From positions 1-41,773 of the forward strand of contig JANYDV010000211.1 of assembly GCA_025363505.1 (NCBI GenBank): 41,773 bases of DNA, in the 5' to 3' direction. Both the position numbers and the translations under genes were made by a program. Below the pieces are notes generated by a model. The model was given only the letters and a program-made list of their open reading frames with translations, was not told the DNA's origin and searched no databases. The stretch is from Bacteroidota bacterium (GTDB lineage: Bacteria > Bacteroidota > Ignavibacteria > Palsa-1295). Shown here one piece after another: positions 27,816 to 36,415 of the stretch. Every line of letters begins with the position of its first letter. Position 1 is the first letter of the stretch.

Positions 27816-29094
27816 TGTCTTTGGCGTGGCTGAGGATGCCGGTCGTGGTGATTGCGAGGTCGTGGCGCATAGCGATAAATGAACCTATGCCAAGCACCGA
27901 CGTCGAGACAAGCACACTGAGTGCGGCACCCGATGCACCCATTGGTGGTACGAGCAGACGGTTCAACACAAAAAAGACTAGCGTCGCTCCGGTTACCGCA
28001 AAAAATAATTCTCGCACACGCCCGATTCCGATCAAGACATTTGTCGAGACTAATGCCAACGGCAATACGAAGCCGCTGAGGATCAAAATCTGAAAGACAG
28101 GGATAATCCCAGGAAATTTATTTTTATAGAATATCGTCAGCATTGGTTCTGCGCCTAAAGCCAATATTAATGAGATTGGGATGAGCGCCGCGAAAGCAAG
28201 GAATAATAATTTTTCTACTAATGCAGAAAGTTTTTCGCTGTCGCCGCCGGTATGCAGTCGTGAAGCCACCGGTACGATGAGCAACGTTGCGCCATCGCGC
28301 ACAGCATCAAAAAAACGGTATAATGTTTTTGCCGCCGAGTACAACGCAACGTAAGTCGGTGCATAGACCCCAACGACCAAGACATCCGCCCATTGCTGAA
28401 ATGTGAGCAGTACACTTGTGCCCGCTTGATATTTAGCGAACGACAATAATTTAGCGTATTCAGTTCTCGGCACGTGGAATATGGGCATCTTACGAAAAGC
28501 CGATCCACAATAGAGTATCGCGACCAAACTTGACAGTGCCCCCCCGATCATATTAATCTTCAGAAAATCATCAGCAGTGCGGAACAGTCCGAGCGAATGC
28601 GCAAGAATTGTGAGCAAGGTGATTGATCCGTAAAAAGCAAGATCAGCCCAAAAAATATTACTAATGCGGTAACTGATTTGCAAATATCGAATACCGACAT
28701 TACGAAAGATATTCAGCACCAGCAACAGCGGCAACCATGGCAGCAGCATCCCTAACTCAGGACTTGCAAATAATCTTGCACAGCCATCGGCACAGATTGC
28801 AAACACACTGCCGATAGCGAGCATCACAACCGTATAGAGTGTAAAACTCGCCGCAAGTATCTCCGACACCTCGGCTTCGTGCTCACTGGCGAATTTTACC
28901 ATCGGCTGTAAAAAAATCGAATCAGAAAGAACGCAAATGATAATAAAAATCGATTGGAACAATGAGAATGCTGCCCATTCACTATCGGGCAATACATTGA
29001 TCACCACGATGATCACTGCAAAACCATATAACAGCAACAACCCTTTGTCAGCGGCTGCCCAGATTCCTTTATCAAGATGTTCGCGTAAGTTCAA
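27787..29094 (-). CDS. Polysaccharide/oligosaccharide flippase (MOP superfamily, Wzx-like)
   Basis: 435 aa with about 12 TM helices and no soluble domain. It lies in a glycan-type neighbourhood and overlaps the upstream heparinase-like gene by 23 nt. Confidence 0.7.
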   Translation of the reverse strand: MNLREHLDKGIWAAADKGLLLLYGFAVIIVVINVLPDSEWAAFSLFQSIFIIICVLSDSIFLQPMVKFASEHEAEVSEILAASFTLYTVVMLAIGSVFAICADGCARLFASPELGMLLPWLPLLLVLNIFRNVGIRYLQISYRISNIFWADLAFYGSITLLTILAHSLGLFRTADDFLKINMIGGALSSLVAILYCGSAFRKMPIFHVPRTEYAKLLSFAKYQAGTSVLLTFQQWADVLVVGVYAPTYVALYSAAKTLYRFFDAVRDGATLLIVPVASRLHTGGDSEKLSALVEKLLFLAFAALIPISLILALGAEPMLTIFYKNKFPGIIPVFQILILSGFVLPLALVSTNVLIGIGRVRELFFAVTGATLVFFVLNRLLVPPMGASGAALSVLVSTSVLGIGSFIAMRHDLAITTTGILSHAKDIKQMVGRGK

Positions 29095-30871
29095 TTCGAA
29101 GTGCAGAATGATGTGCGTTAATTGTTATCCGAATACCTTTAGCAGGTATTGCAACTTGATACTTCGGTGAAAAATCATATTCAAATACAACAACAGAAGC
29201 ATTAACACCGGAAATCAATAAAACGACTTGGTGATCTTGGGCATCTTTCAGCACCACTTTCGTCTCTGATTCTTTGGTAAGACTCCATCGAGGATCGAAA
29301 TGAAAATTTAAGGCGACCGGTTGCTCCTTCGAAAGTGTAAAGTTATCCGAGACAATAAATGAGTCAGCGTTCAATTCGCACGACCGAGTATGCTGTCGTT
29401 GATATTCCCCATAAGATGCCTCGAATGTAAAAATATTTTCTGAATCACCGGTTACACGCACTGTTGCGTTTTCTCTCACTTTCGACCAACCAAAACTTTC
29501 TTTGATGACAGCCGGAGATGATTCACCAATTATCACACCGTTGTGCGCTTCGGCACTTCGATAGTAGTCGCGCGTTGGATGATCACCATTATAGACAAAC
29601 GTCCCCGAATCCACCAACACCGGTAATCCTGAGAGATAGACAATAGGCGAAAGCAGATCATCGTGAGCATGAGATGCAAAGCCGTCGTCGCCCCATCCGA
29701 ACTTTCCCTGACGCATAAACACATAGCTTGCCCCAACTTGCGCAGTGATATGGTGAGCATCACTAAAATAATTTTTTCTCTTTAATGCAGAAATTTTTGA
29801 TTCACCAAAAATCAGATTTTTACACTGATCACTTACATAGAGTGCACTGCCATCATCACCATCACCGTAACGAACGATCTCGCTATCAGGCGCAATAAGT
29901 GAGGCGGCATAGGTTTTCATCGCACTCAGTCTCTCAAGATAGCGATTACTGAATGACTCTCCGGATAAAGAAGATGATCGTTCGGCAAGATCAAAAAAAT
30001 CAGTGACAAAACAATGATACCATCCCGAGCTTTCTCGGCTTGCACCATCAGGATAGGTTTGTGCGATAATCTCGGTTTCTAAAATAGTGGCAGCACGCTT
30101 GCGGAAGATTTTCGCTTCGGGAAAACTACACAATGATGCAACAATATACAATCCTGCAGCCTCTCCGATCAAGTGATTCGTCTTTACAATCTTATCGACC
30201 GATAACTGACTATGGAGATAATATATGTGTTGCCATAGTGATTGTTTAATGGTATCATTGATAACTTCTATACCTCCAAGCTGCAACAATCGCAAAGCGC
30301 TAAGCCATGCGATCGCTCGGATTGCAAGTTCTAAAGGGCTTGACCAGTTAATCGTTTGCGCAAACGGATTCCCCTCAATCCAGGAATGAATTTGCCAGAG
30401 AATTTCGGTTGTATATCGATCATCATTACTCAGAAGAGCGGCTTCTGCTACGAGAGGCAAATACTTAAAACGATTTACTTCCCAAACAATTTTCACATCG
30501 CGCGGCACATCAGCAAGGCGGAGTTGCGTCTCTTCGTACTGCTGTTTTACCCAGTATTTTTTTTCGATGGGATCGTAATTCCATGGGTCATTGACAGTAT
30601 GTAGCTGATGAGTAACTGAGAAAACAAGATGTTTATCAGCAAGTATTTGCGATGCTATCGCCAGGATCTTTTCTTTTTCGGGTAACAATATTGATAGATC
30701 AAAATGCTCTTCAGTCGTGTCAATAATTTCTACTTGCTTGTGCGAAGCCTTCGGTAATGCGAGCAATTGTTTAAGTTTATTTTTCTTCGCATATTTTTCT
30801 GCAATGAGGATAACCGTCCCTCTGGGACCAAGTTTCCGTAGAGCGAGCGATATGTGGGCGAGTGTACTCAA
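29072..30871 (-). CDS. Heparinase II/III-like (alginate-lyase-fold N-domain + heparinase II/III C-domain) protein
   Basis: 599 aa with a TTG start (plus-strand caa at 30869-30871), 3 nt after the upstream stop. Motifs 'VWEVNRFKYL', 'WIEGNPFAQTINWSSPLELAIRAIAW', 'NHLIGEAAGL', 'HAHDDLLS'. This is the type commonly found in capsule/EPS loci. Confidence 0.75.
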   Translation of the reverse strand: MSTLAHISLALRKLGPRGTVILIAEKYAKKNKLKQLLALPKASHKQVEIIDTTEEHFDLSILLPEKEKILAIASQILADKHLVFSVTHQLHTVNDPWNYDPIEKKYWVKQQYEETQLRLADVPRDVKIVWEVNRFKYLPLVAEAALLSNDDRYTTEILWQIHSWIEGNPFAQTINWSSPLELAIRAIAWLSALRLLQLGGIEVINDTIKQSLWQHIYYLHSQLSVDKIVKTNHLIGEAAGLYIVASLCSFPEAKIFRKRAATILETEIIAQTYPDGASRESSGWYHCFVTDFFDLAERSSSLSGESFSNRYLERLSAMKTYAASLIAPDSEIVRYGDGDDGSALYVSDQCKNLIFGESKISALKRKNYFSDAHHITAQVGASYVFMRQGKFGWGDDGFASHAHDDLLSPIVYLSGLPVLVDSGTFVYNGDHPTRDYYRSAEAHNGVIIGESSPAVIKESFGWSKVRENATVRVTGDSENIFTFEASYGEYQRQHTRSCELNADSFIVSDNFTLSKEQPVALNFHFDPRWSLTKESETKVVLKDAQDHQVVLLISGVNASVVVFEYDFSPKYQVAIPAKGIRITINAHHSALRIELTRTS

Positions 30872-30874
30872 GAG

Positions 30875-31393
30875 TTAAAAATTAGATTCATCGCGCCATT
30901 GTACAGCTTGCCAGGTGGCTTCTTTTGTTGATCGAGTTAAATGAAACACTGCGCGACCATCGGTGTGCAATACATCACTAATATTCAATGTAACATCGAG
31001 CGAAAATGCGCGCGTTACATCGAAGACCGTGTCGGTACCGGTCGAGTCAATGATGTTGCCCCAAAGCAAATCAAGGCTTTCCGAAGATGCAAAGAGCGAC
31101 CCGGTCGTTCGCATTTCCTCGTCACGCCCCCACTGCAGATCAAGCCCGCGATCATAATTTCGATAACTAAAAATAAATTCCGGTGCGAGTAATTTGCCGT
31201 ATGAGACGGTATCCTTGAATTGATAGGCAGCGCGGAATGCCTGAAAAAAACCATCAACCGTATGTGCATCGCCGAATAAATCTTTTGGCAGGCTGTCATC
31301 AATAGCCGGGGAAAATGGATTACATCCATAGATCGAAATCAGCGCTGAGAGTGCAACAAAAAAAATACCGTTGATATATTGTTTATGAAGCAA
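30875..31393 (-). CDS. Hypothetical lipoprotein (NTF2/SnoaL-like pattern), paralogue B
   Basis: 172 aa. Signal peptide plus lipobox 'LISIYGC'. The body 'VDGFFQAFRAAYQFKDTVSYGKLLAPEFIFSY...' ends in 'WQAVQWRDESNF'. 11-nt overlap with the upstream gene. Confidence 0.55.
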   Translation of the reverse strand: MLHKQYINGIFFVALSALISIYGCNPFSPAIDDSLPKDLFGDAHTVDGFFQAFRAAYQFKDTVSYGKLLAPEFIFSYRNYDRGLDLQWGRDEEMRTTGSLFASSESLDLLWGNIIDSTGTDTVFDVTRAFSLDVTLNISDVLHTDGRAVFHLTRSTKEATWQAVQWRDESNF

Positions 31394-32006
31394 GTTGAAT
31401 TTTGAGATCGCTTATTGATTTTCCAGCGGGCAAAGCAAAATCTGTCCAACTGGCGATACGCCATTCCTTCGTGCCTTCGGGAGTCGTCACTAACACCAGT
31501 TGAAAAATCAAAGAACCGGAGATCGAGCCGGGCAGTGTTGAGTTCGATGGTAACGGTAAGACGATCTGATAGTCAGCAGAGATACGGGCTGTGGTTGCGT
31601 TACTTTGATCGATGGATTTATTGGTGATGGTGATTATTGTTTTTGGATTGTTGACCAACGAAGCACGGAGTTTTGTTAAGAAATTTTGCTCTGATTGCAC
31701 CGTCCAAGTATCAAAAATACTTCGTGATGATTGGTCAAGTCCCGCTCTGGGTATAAATGTGTAGGTGGTAGGTGTGACACCGGGCGCGACGGTGTCTTGT
31801 AGAGAAATAAAACAACGTGCATAATTTGAAGCATCGACAGCGACAATCGTGCCAGTAATATTGTCAAATAGCGTCGCGGGCGTTGCCGCCGGAGTCCAGA
31901 TAAAAGTCGTACCAAGATCAGGTGTTTCGGGAGTGCGCGTCGAAAAGAGATCGCACGACACCAGCGTAAAGCAAATAGTGAGTACTATTATTGTATTACG
32001 AAGCAT
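31383..32006 (-). CDS. Hypothetical lipoprotein (NTF2/SnoaL-like pattern), paralogue A
   Basis: The ORF opens at 32090, but the ATG at 32006 gives 'MLRNTIIVLTICFTLVSC' (signal peptide plus a perfect LVSC lipobox). It overlaps the methyltransferase stop by 11 nt. The body 'ATLFDNITGTIVAVDASNYARCFIS...' ends in 'WRIASWTDF'. Confidence 0.55.
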   Translation of the reverse strand: MLRNTIIVLTICFTLVSCDLFSTRTPETPDLGTTFIWTPAATPATLFDNITGTIVAVDASNYARCFISLQDTVAPGVTPTTYTFIPRAGLDQSSRSIFDTWTVQSEQNFLTKLRASLVNNPKTIITITNKSIDQSNATTARISADYQIVLPLPSNSTLPGSISGSLIFQLVLVTTPEGTKEWRIASWTDFALPAGKSISDLKIQLAS

Positions 32007-32736
32007 TGGTTTTTTTTGCAACAATAATACATCTCGTTGAAGTTTGCTCATCGAACGGATCTCCGTTGTAGCATCCGAACACTTGCTCACATTTCATCGC
32101 CGCGCGTTCGATCATCGCCCGAAGTTCTTGAAGAGTAAAGAGACGGACAGATTCGTAGTATTCTTTAGTTGTATCGGCTGAGCGGATGATGATTTTTTTA
32201 TTCACTCGTCGGTCGGCAATCACACGACACTCATCGACCGTTTCTCCACTTGGTAGTACTTTGGTCGAATGTGGTACTAATGTTTGCTCCACCAGAGTTG
32301 CATTAAAAAAATCTATGACAAAATATCCATTCGGCGTGAGTGCGTTTCCTATCTTGTTGATCACTGCTTCGTTATCAGCATCGGTTTCAAAATATCCGAA
32401 GCTCGTGAAGAGATTCAAGATCAAATCATAGTGCCCTTGAAAGTGGAGCATATCTGATTCGATAAATTCAACTTTGACCTTTTGTTCTTCGGCTGAAGCT
32501 TTGGCGATATTTATGAGTGTTGATGATAGATCAATGCCCGTAATATTAGTATAGCCACGTTTGGCGAGTGAAATCGAGTGTCGCCCTGCCCCGCAAGCAA
32601 GATCGAGAATACGCGCATCGGATGTCGGATGTGCTGTTCGTTCGACCAGATCAAGCAGCTGAAGAGCTTCGGCTTTATCTCGGTGCTGATACAGCGCGAG
32701 GTAGTGTTCGTCGGCGAACCAGTCTTTATACCACAT
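31996..32736 (-). CDS. Class I SAM-dependent methyltransferase
   Basis: 246 aa. Motif I 'ILDLACGAGRHS', then 'GIDLS' and 'DLILNLFTSFGY'. Confidence 0.85.
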   Translation of the reverse strand: MWYKDWFADEHYLALYQHRDKAEALQLLDLVERTAHPTSDARILDLACGAGRHSISLAKRGYTNITGIDLSSTLINIAKASAEEQKVKVEFIESDMLHFQGHYDLILNLFTSFGYFETDADNEAVINKIGNALTPNGYFVIDFFNATLVEQTLVPHSTKVLPSGETVDECRVIADRRVNKKIIIRSADTTKEYYESVRLFTLQELRAMIERAAMKCEQVFGCYNGDPFDEQTSTRCIIVAKKTNAS

Positions 32737-32738
32737 AG

Positions 32739-33341
32739 CTATACGAGTAATCGTCCTTCGAGTGCTTTGGCGAGTGTCGCATCATCAACAAATTCAAGAT
32801 CACTGCCAATTGGTATTCCACGAGCAATGCGAGTCACTTTCGGGACGATGGGGTGCAACAATTTAGCGAGATAGAGCGTCGTCGCTTCTCCTTCGATGTT
32901 TGGATCAAGTGCTAAAATTACTTCCTGAACGCCCTTTTCTTCGCTGAGTCTCATCAGGAGTTCACGAATTTTTAATTGCTCGGGTCCGACACCATCAAGC
33001 GGAGAAAGCGCACCACCTAAGACGTGATACAAGCCTTTGAACTCGTTGGTACGTTCGAGCACGAGCATATCGTTGGGTTCTTCGACAACACAAATCATAC
33101 TTTGGTCACGGCGCGTATCGCGGCACACGGGGCAGGGATCTTCTTCGGTCAAATTACCACAGACCGTACACATTTTGACTCGTTCTTTGAGATGATAGAT
33201 TGCTTCGGCAAGTGAACGGACTTCGCTTTCATCTTGCTTGAGCAGAAAAAACGCCAGCCGCTGTGCGGTCTTGCGACCAATCGTCGGCAATGAAGAAAAT
33301 CGTTCGATCAGCGTTTCGAGCGCCGGTGAGGTATAGAGCAT
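32739..33341 (-). CDS. recR: Recombination protein RecR
   Basis: 200 aa. Motifs 'LPTIGRKTAQRLAF', zinc finger 'CTVCGNLTEEDPCPVC', and a Toprim region 'ICVVEEPNDMLVLE'. Confidence 0.95.
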   Translation of the reverse strand: MLYTSPALETLIERFSSLPTIGRKTAQRLAFFLLKQDESEVRSLAEAIYHLKERVKMCTVCGNLTEEDPCPVCRDTRRDQSMICVVEEPNDMLVLERTNEFKGLYHVLGGALSPLDGVGPEQLKIRELLMRLSEEKGVQEVILALDPNIEGEATTLYLAKLLHPIVPKVTRIARGIPIGSDLEFVDDATLAKALEGRLLV

Positions 33342-33344
33342 TGA

Positions 33345-33674
33345 TTATAAATTAAACGGCAGACCCGGGATATTCGGCATCAGGTTTTTTGCGACGGCAT
33401 TTGTTTTTTCGTCGGCAAGAGCTTTTGCATTTGCCAAAGCGCGATTGGCAGCAGTGATAATCAAGTCTTCCATCATTTCAATATCATTCGGATCAATCAC
33501 TTCTTTTTGAAGCTTGATCGAGACAATTTCATTGTTGCCATTGGCAGTTACTCTTACCATAGAGCCGCCGGCTTCGGCAGTCGCGGTGATCGAGCCAAGC
33601 GTAGCTTGCACCCGTTCCATTTCCTCCTGCATTTTCTGCATTTGGGTCAGGGCATTCATCATTTCAGGGTTCAT
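33345..33674 (-). CDS. ybaB: YbaB/EbfC family nucleoid-associated protein
   Basis: 109 aa. Motifs 'MQKMQEEMERVQ', 'AEAGGSMVRVTANGNNEIVSIKL', 'DPNDIEMMEDLI'. It sits in the classic position upstream of recR. Confidence 0.9.
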   Translation of the reverse strand: MNPEMMNALTQMQKMQEEMERVQATLGSITATAEAGGSMVRVTANGNNEIVSIKLQKEVIDPNDIEMMEDLIITAANRALANAKALADEKTNAVAKNLMPNIPGLPFNL

Positions 33675-33787
33675 TGGTTTTCATTGTCTATATCATAATA
33701 GAACGATAAGAAGCCGCGTGGCATTCCGTTAAAGGCGAAAGCTCTCGGGTTGTATTCTTCAAAACCATATCTCCTCGATTGTAACGC

Positions 33788-33812
33788 ATACGAAAGAATG
33801 ATGCTTTCGTGT
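33788..33812. promoter_or_regulatory. Inverted repeat ACGAAAG-N7-CTTTCGT (extendable to a 9-bp stem) in the ybaB / OMP divergent region
   Basis: Read directly: at ACGAAAG aatgatg CTTTCGT gt. It lies about 37 nt upstream of the ATG at 33847. No T-tract follows on either strand, so it looks more like an operator than a terminator. Confidence 0.3.
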
Positions 33813-33832
33813 TGATCGGATCTGAAGTGTTA

Positions 33833-33840
33833 TATTTTTG
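33833..33840 (+). promoter_or_regulatory. Candidate -7 promoter box TATTTTTG (TAnnTTTG)
   Basis: A perfect match to the Bacteroidetes -7 consensus, but only 6 nt upstream of the ATG at 33847. That would imply a leaderless or near-leaderless mRNA. It may be coincidental in AT-rich DNA. Confidence 0.2.
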
Positions 33841-33846
33841 TATATC

Positions 33847-34590
33847 ATGAGTTATACTATCCGCAGGTTGCTGTTGATGCTTGTTGTGCTTTTGTGCTCG
33901 CGAACTGTGTACTCACAGCCGGAGCAACAGCATATACTTGATAGTACCCCCGTGTTACACTTCAAAAGTATTTACTATCCGGAGAATCTGCATAGCGGTG
34001 AGGTTGCCGTTTCGGTTGGTGCTACCATCACGATCGCGCCTCGACAGGTGGTCCGAGATGAGATAAGACAAATCCCCCAACTGACAGCCACTGTTCGGGT
34101 CGGGCTTCCCGTGGGTTTTGGTATTGGTGCCCGGTTTGCAGGAAATTATATTGCGAACCAGCTGATGATCAAACCATCATACTCCTATTCTTTTAATCAC
34201 CTTTCATTTGCTATTCATACCTCTCCATCGTTGTGGATTGGCACTGCTGATTTTACCGGCTTCAACACCGTCGGCATGGGGTTCTCGAATGCGGTTGGCT
34301 TCAGTATGGGTTTACATTTTGATGATTTTATGCTGACGCTTTCCGGGGAGGCAATTACTAATTACTGGCACTATACTTCATTTGCCGAAGGCAAAGTCAA
34401 TAGAAGAGTAACCGAGTTCGTAGGCAATGCCGTTACGTGCAGTGTTGAGCAAGATGCGTTTAATGGTGCAAGAATTAATTGGGGCATTCGTTTCAATTAT
34501 ACACGTCCCGATTACCAACTGTGGTTAGCATTCGCCGAGACACGGTCGCGGGTACTCACTCCTGAATTCTTTTTTGGTATTATTCTATGA
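33847..34590 (+). CDS. Hypothetical outer-membrane beta-barrel-like protein
   Basis: The ORF opens at a TTG at 33838. The ATG at 33847 gives the signal peptide 'MSYTIRRLLLMLVVLLCSRTVYSQ'. The body is Gly/aromatic-rich with alternating hydrophobic segments ('GFGIGARFAGNYI', 'GMGFSNAVGFSMGLHF', 'INWGIRFNY'). ATGA overlap with the next gene. Confidence 0.5.
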   Translation: MSYTIRRLLLMLVVLLCSRTVYSQPEQQHILDSTPVLHFKSIYYPENLHSGEVAVSVGATITIAPRQVVRDEIRQIPQLTATVRVGLPVGFGIGARFAGNYIANQLMIKPSYSYSFNHLSFAIHTSPSLWIGTADFTGFNTVGMGFSNAVGFSMGLHFDDFMLTLSGEAITNYWHYTSFAEGKVNRRVTEFVGNAVTCSVEQDAFNGARINWGIRFNYTRPDYQLWLAFAETRSRVLTPEFFFGIIL

Positions 34591-35807
34591 AAAGCCTTAT
34601 CATCATTTGTGTTTGTATGATCTTCTGCGCCTGCGTTGATGATAATCTTCCACTTCCGATTCCTGAATGGGGAGAAAATGTAGATCAGCTCAAGAATGCC
34701 GTCCCGATTCCCGAAGAATTGTTGCACAAACTCGAAGGTGTTTATAAAGTGCAACAAGGCAAAGGTCTTTTTGGCGATCAAGTGGTGCTCAGACAATTCG
34801 CACATAAGATCACGCTTGCTTGTCAAACAGGAACGTATTTTGTGTTCAAATCAGGGTTCGTCGATTCATTAGCTATTTTCCAGGGATACTGGCGTTTTGA
34901 TCTGGGAACACAAACAGGATTAGCCGATCTGAAAGTAAAAAAAGATTTTAATGCACAAACAGGTGACAGCTCGCTGGTGCTTTCGGGGTCGTTCTACAAC
35001 AACAATGGCAACAATGGTACACCATTTGAACTGAAATTTATTCGTAAATTTAAGGACACCTCAAATACATTTCTTATCCTTGACCATCATGGTGGGAGAA
35101 ACGAGTACGGACTTCCCTACTCAGAAAACAGTCTTGGTATCATTCCGATCGCCGAAGAGATCGGTGCCAATGGGATCGAACTCGATGTGCGATTAACAAA
35201 AGACAATGTACCGATTCTTTTTCATGACGATAATCTCATTACCAATCTCGTTAACGGGGAGTTTGCCCTCGGTCCGGTAAATAATTATACTCTTGCCCAA
35301 CTTCGTGCACTTTGTACGCTCAAAGACGGCTCGCCGATCCCTACACTTCAGGAAGCATTCGAGGTGATTTTATCACAGACCAGTTATCAATCACTTTGGC
35401 TTGACATTAAAACTCCCGAGACCGTGAGTTATGTATTGCCATTGCAGATAGCATTTCTCAAAGAAGCCAAACTTTCCGGTCGGGCTATTGAGTGTTGGGT
35501 TGGTCTGACCACTACCGAGCATATCACCAATTATCTTGCCGACACCCTACACACCTTAGCACCAAGCATTTGCGAGCTTGATCCATCAGATGTCGAACGA
35601 GCAGGGTCGGTCGCGTGGGGTCCGCGATGGACACAGGGAAGTCTCTCGAACGAAGCGATGCAAATTCGCAATGAAGGAAAAAAAGTAATCTATTGGACAC
35701 TCGACAAAGCAGAGTTTATCACAGCATTTATCAATCACGGCAATCTTGACGGCATCCTGACCGATCATCCGGCACTGGTGAGTTATCATTATTATTCCAG
35801 AAATTAA
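34587..35807 (+). CDS. Lipoprotein with N-terminal beta-rich domain and divergent glycerophosphodiester phosphodiesterase (GDPD) domain
   Basis: 406 aa. N-terminus 'MKSLIIICVCMIFCAC|VDD' (lipid Cys16). GDPD-like region 'LDHHGGRNEYGLPYSENSLGIIPIAEEIGANGIELDVRLTKDNVPILFHDDNL'. Here 'HHG' replaces the usual 'HRG'. Confidence 0.7.
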   Translation: MKSLIIICVCMIFCACVDDNLPLPIPEWGENVDQLKNAVPIPEELLHKLEGVYKVQQGKGLFGDQVVLRQFAHKITLACQTGTYFVFKSGFVDSLAIFQGYWRFDLGTQTGLADLKVKKDFNAQTGDSSLVLSGSFYNNNGNNGTPFELKFIRKFKDTSNTFLILDHHGGRNEYGLPYSENSLGIIPIAEEIGANGIELDVRLTKDNVPILFHDDNLITNLVNGEFALGPVNNYTLAQLRALCTLKDGSPIPTLQEAFEVILSQTSYQSLWLDIKTPETVSYVLPLQIAFLKEAKLSGRAIECWVGLTTTEHITNYLADTLHTLAPSICELDPSDVERAGSVAWGPRWTQGSLSNEAMQIRNEGKKVIYWTLDKAEFITAFINHGNLDGILTDHPALVSYHYYSRN

Positions 35808-36415
35808 TGAAGTATTGTATTCTCATCATATTGACAAGTATTTCTTCGGTCACTTTCGCACAAACGAAAGATCCATTTCTTGCAAAGCCATTTGAGATAT
35901 ACATTGATGGTGGTATCGGATATGCGAAAAATATCAGCGCAGGAATTGTCAGCAGTGCATCAGGCGGGGGAGTATACACCAATGGCGGCATCTCAGCACT
36001 GGTGCGGGTGCGTGGAAGCAGAAATAGTTTTATTACGTTTGGGCTTGAAAGTGGTTGGCAATATATTTCTCATCTTGAAGAGCGAAAGGCAAGTGCCACC
36101 GGATTCGGCAAGACCGATATCACCGCCACACTCAGTGGCATACCTATCATGGGAGTGGTGACGATTCAAGATTATCACATCGAAATGCACGCATCAGTTG
36201 GATTTTACGATTTGATTTCGCACTCCACCACATTCAATATTCCCGTTACCAGCAACACGTTTGATATGGCATTCACACTCGCTGCGGGCTATCAGATTCC
36301 AATTGGAAATAACTATATCCTTGTTCCCGAGTTTCGCTGGACTCGTATCAACGATCTGCAAAAATCTTTTCTTACACTCGCGTTACGATTGGGTTTGCCA
36401 CCGTTCGCACTTTAG
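35807..36415 (+). CDS. Small outer-membrane beta-barrel protein (OmpA-N / OmpW-like, OMP_b-brl)
   Basis: 202 aa. Signal peptide 'MKYCILIILTSISSVTFAQ', then strands of about 8-10 alternating residues ('IDGGIGYA', 'FGLESGWQYI', 'AFTLAAGYQIP', 'LVPEFRWTRI'). TAATG overlap with the GDPD gene. Confidence 0.6.
   Translation: MKYCILIILTSISSVTFAQTKDPFLAKPFEIYIDGGIGYAKNISAGIVSSASGGGVYTNGGISALVRVRGSRNSFITFGLESGWQYISHLEERKASATGFGKTDITATLSGIPIMGVVTIQDYHIEMHASVGFYDLISHSTTFNIPVTSNTFDMAFTLAAGYQIPIGNNYILVPEFRWTRINDLQKSFLTLALRLGLPPFAL

Noticed and set aside
33675-33846. Searched the 172-nt ybaB-upstream spacer for SRP RNA (ffs), which often lies near dnaX-ybaB-recR, and for a riboswitch
   Set aside because: I found no 'GGAAGCAGCC'-type SRP domain IV motif and no recognisable riboswitch core. 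I found only the ACGAAAG-N7-CTTTCGT inverted repeat, which is reported separately.
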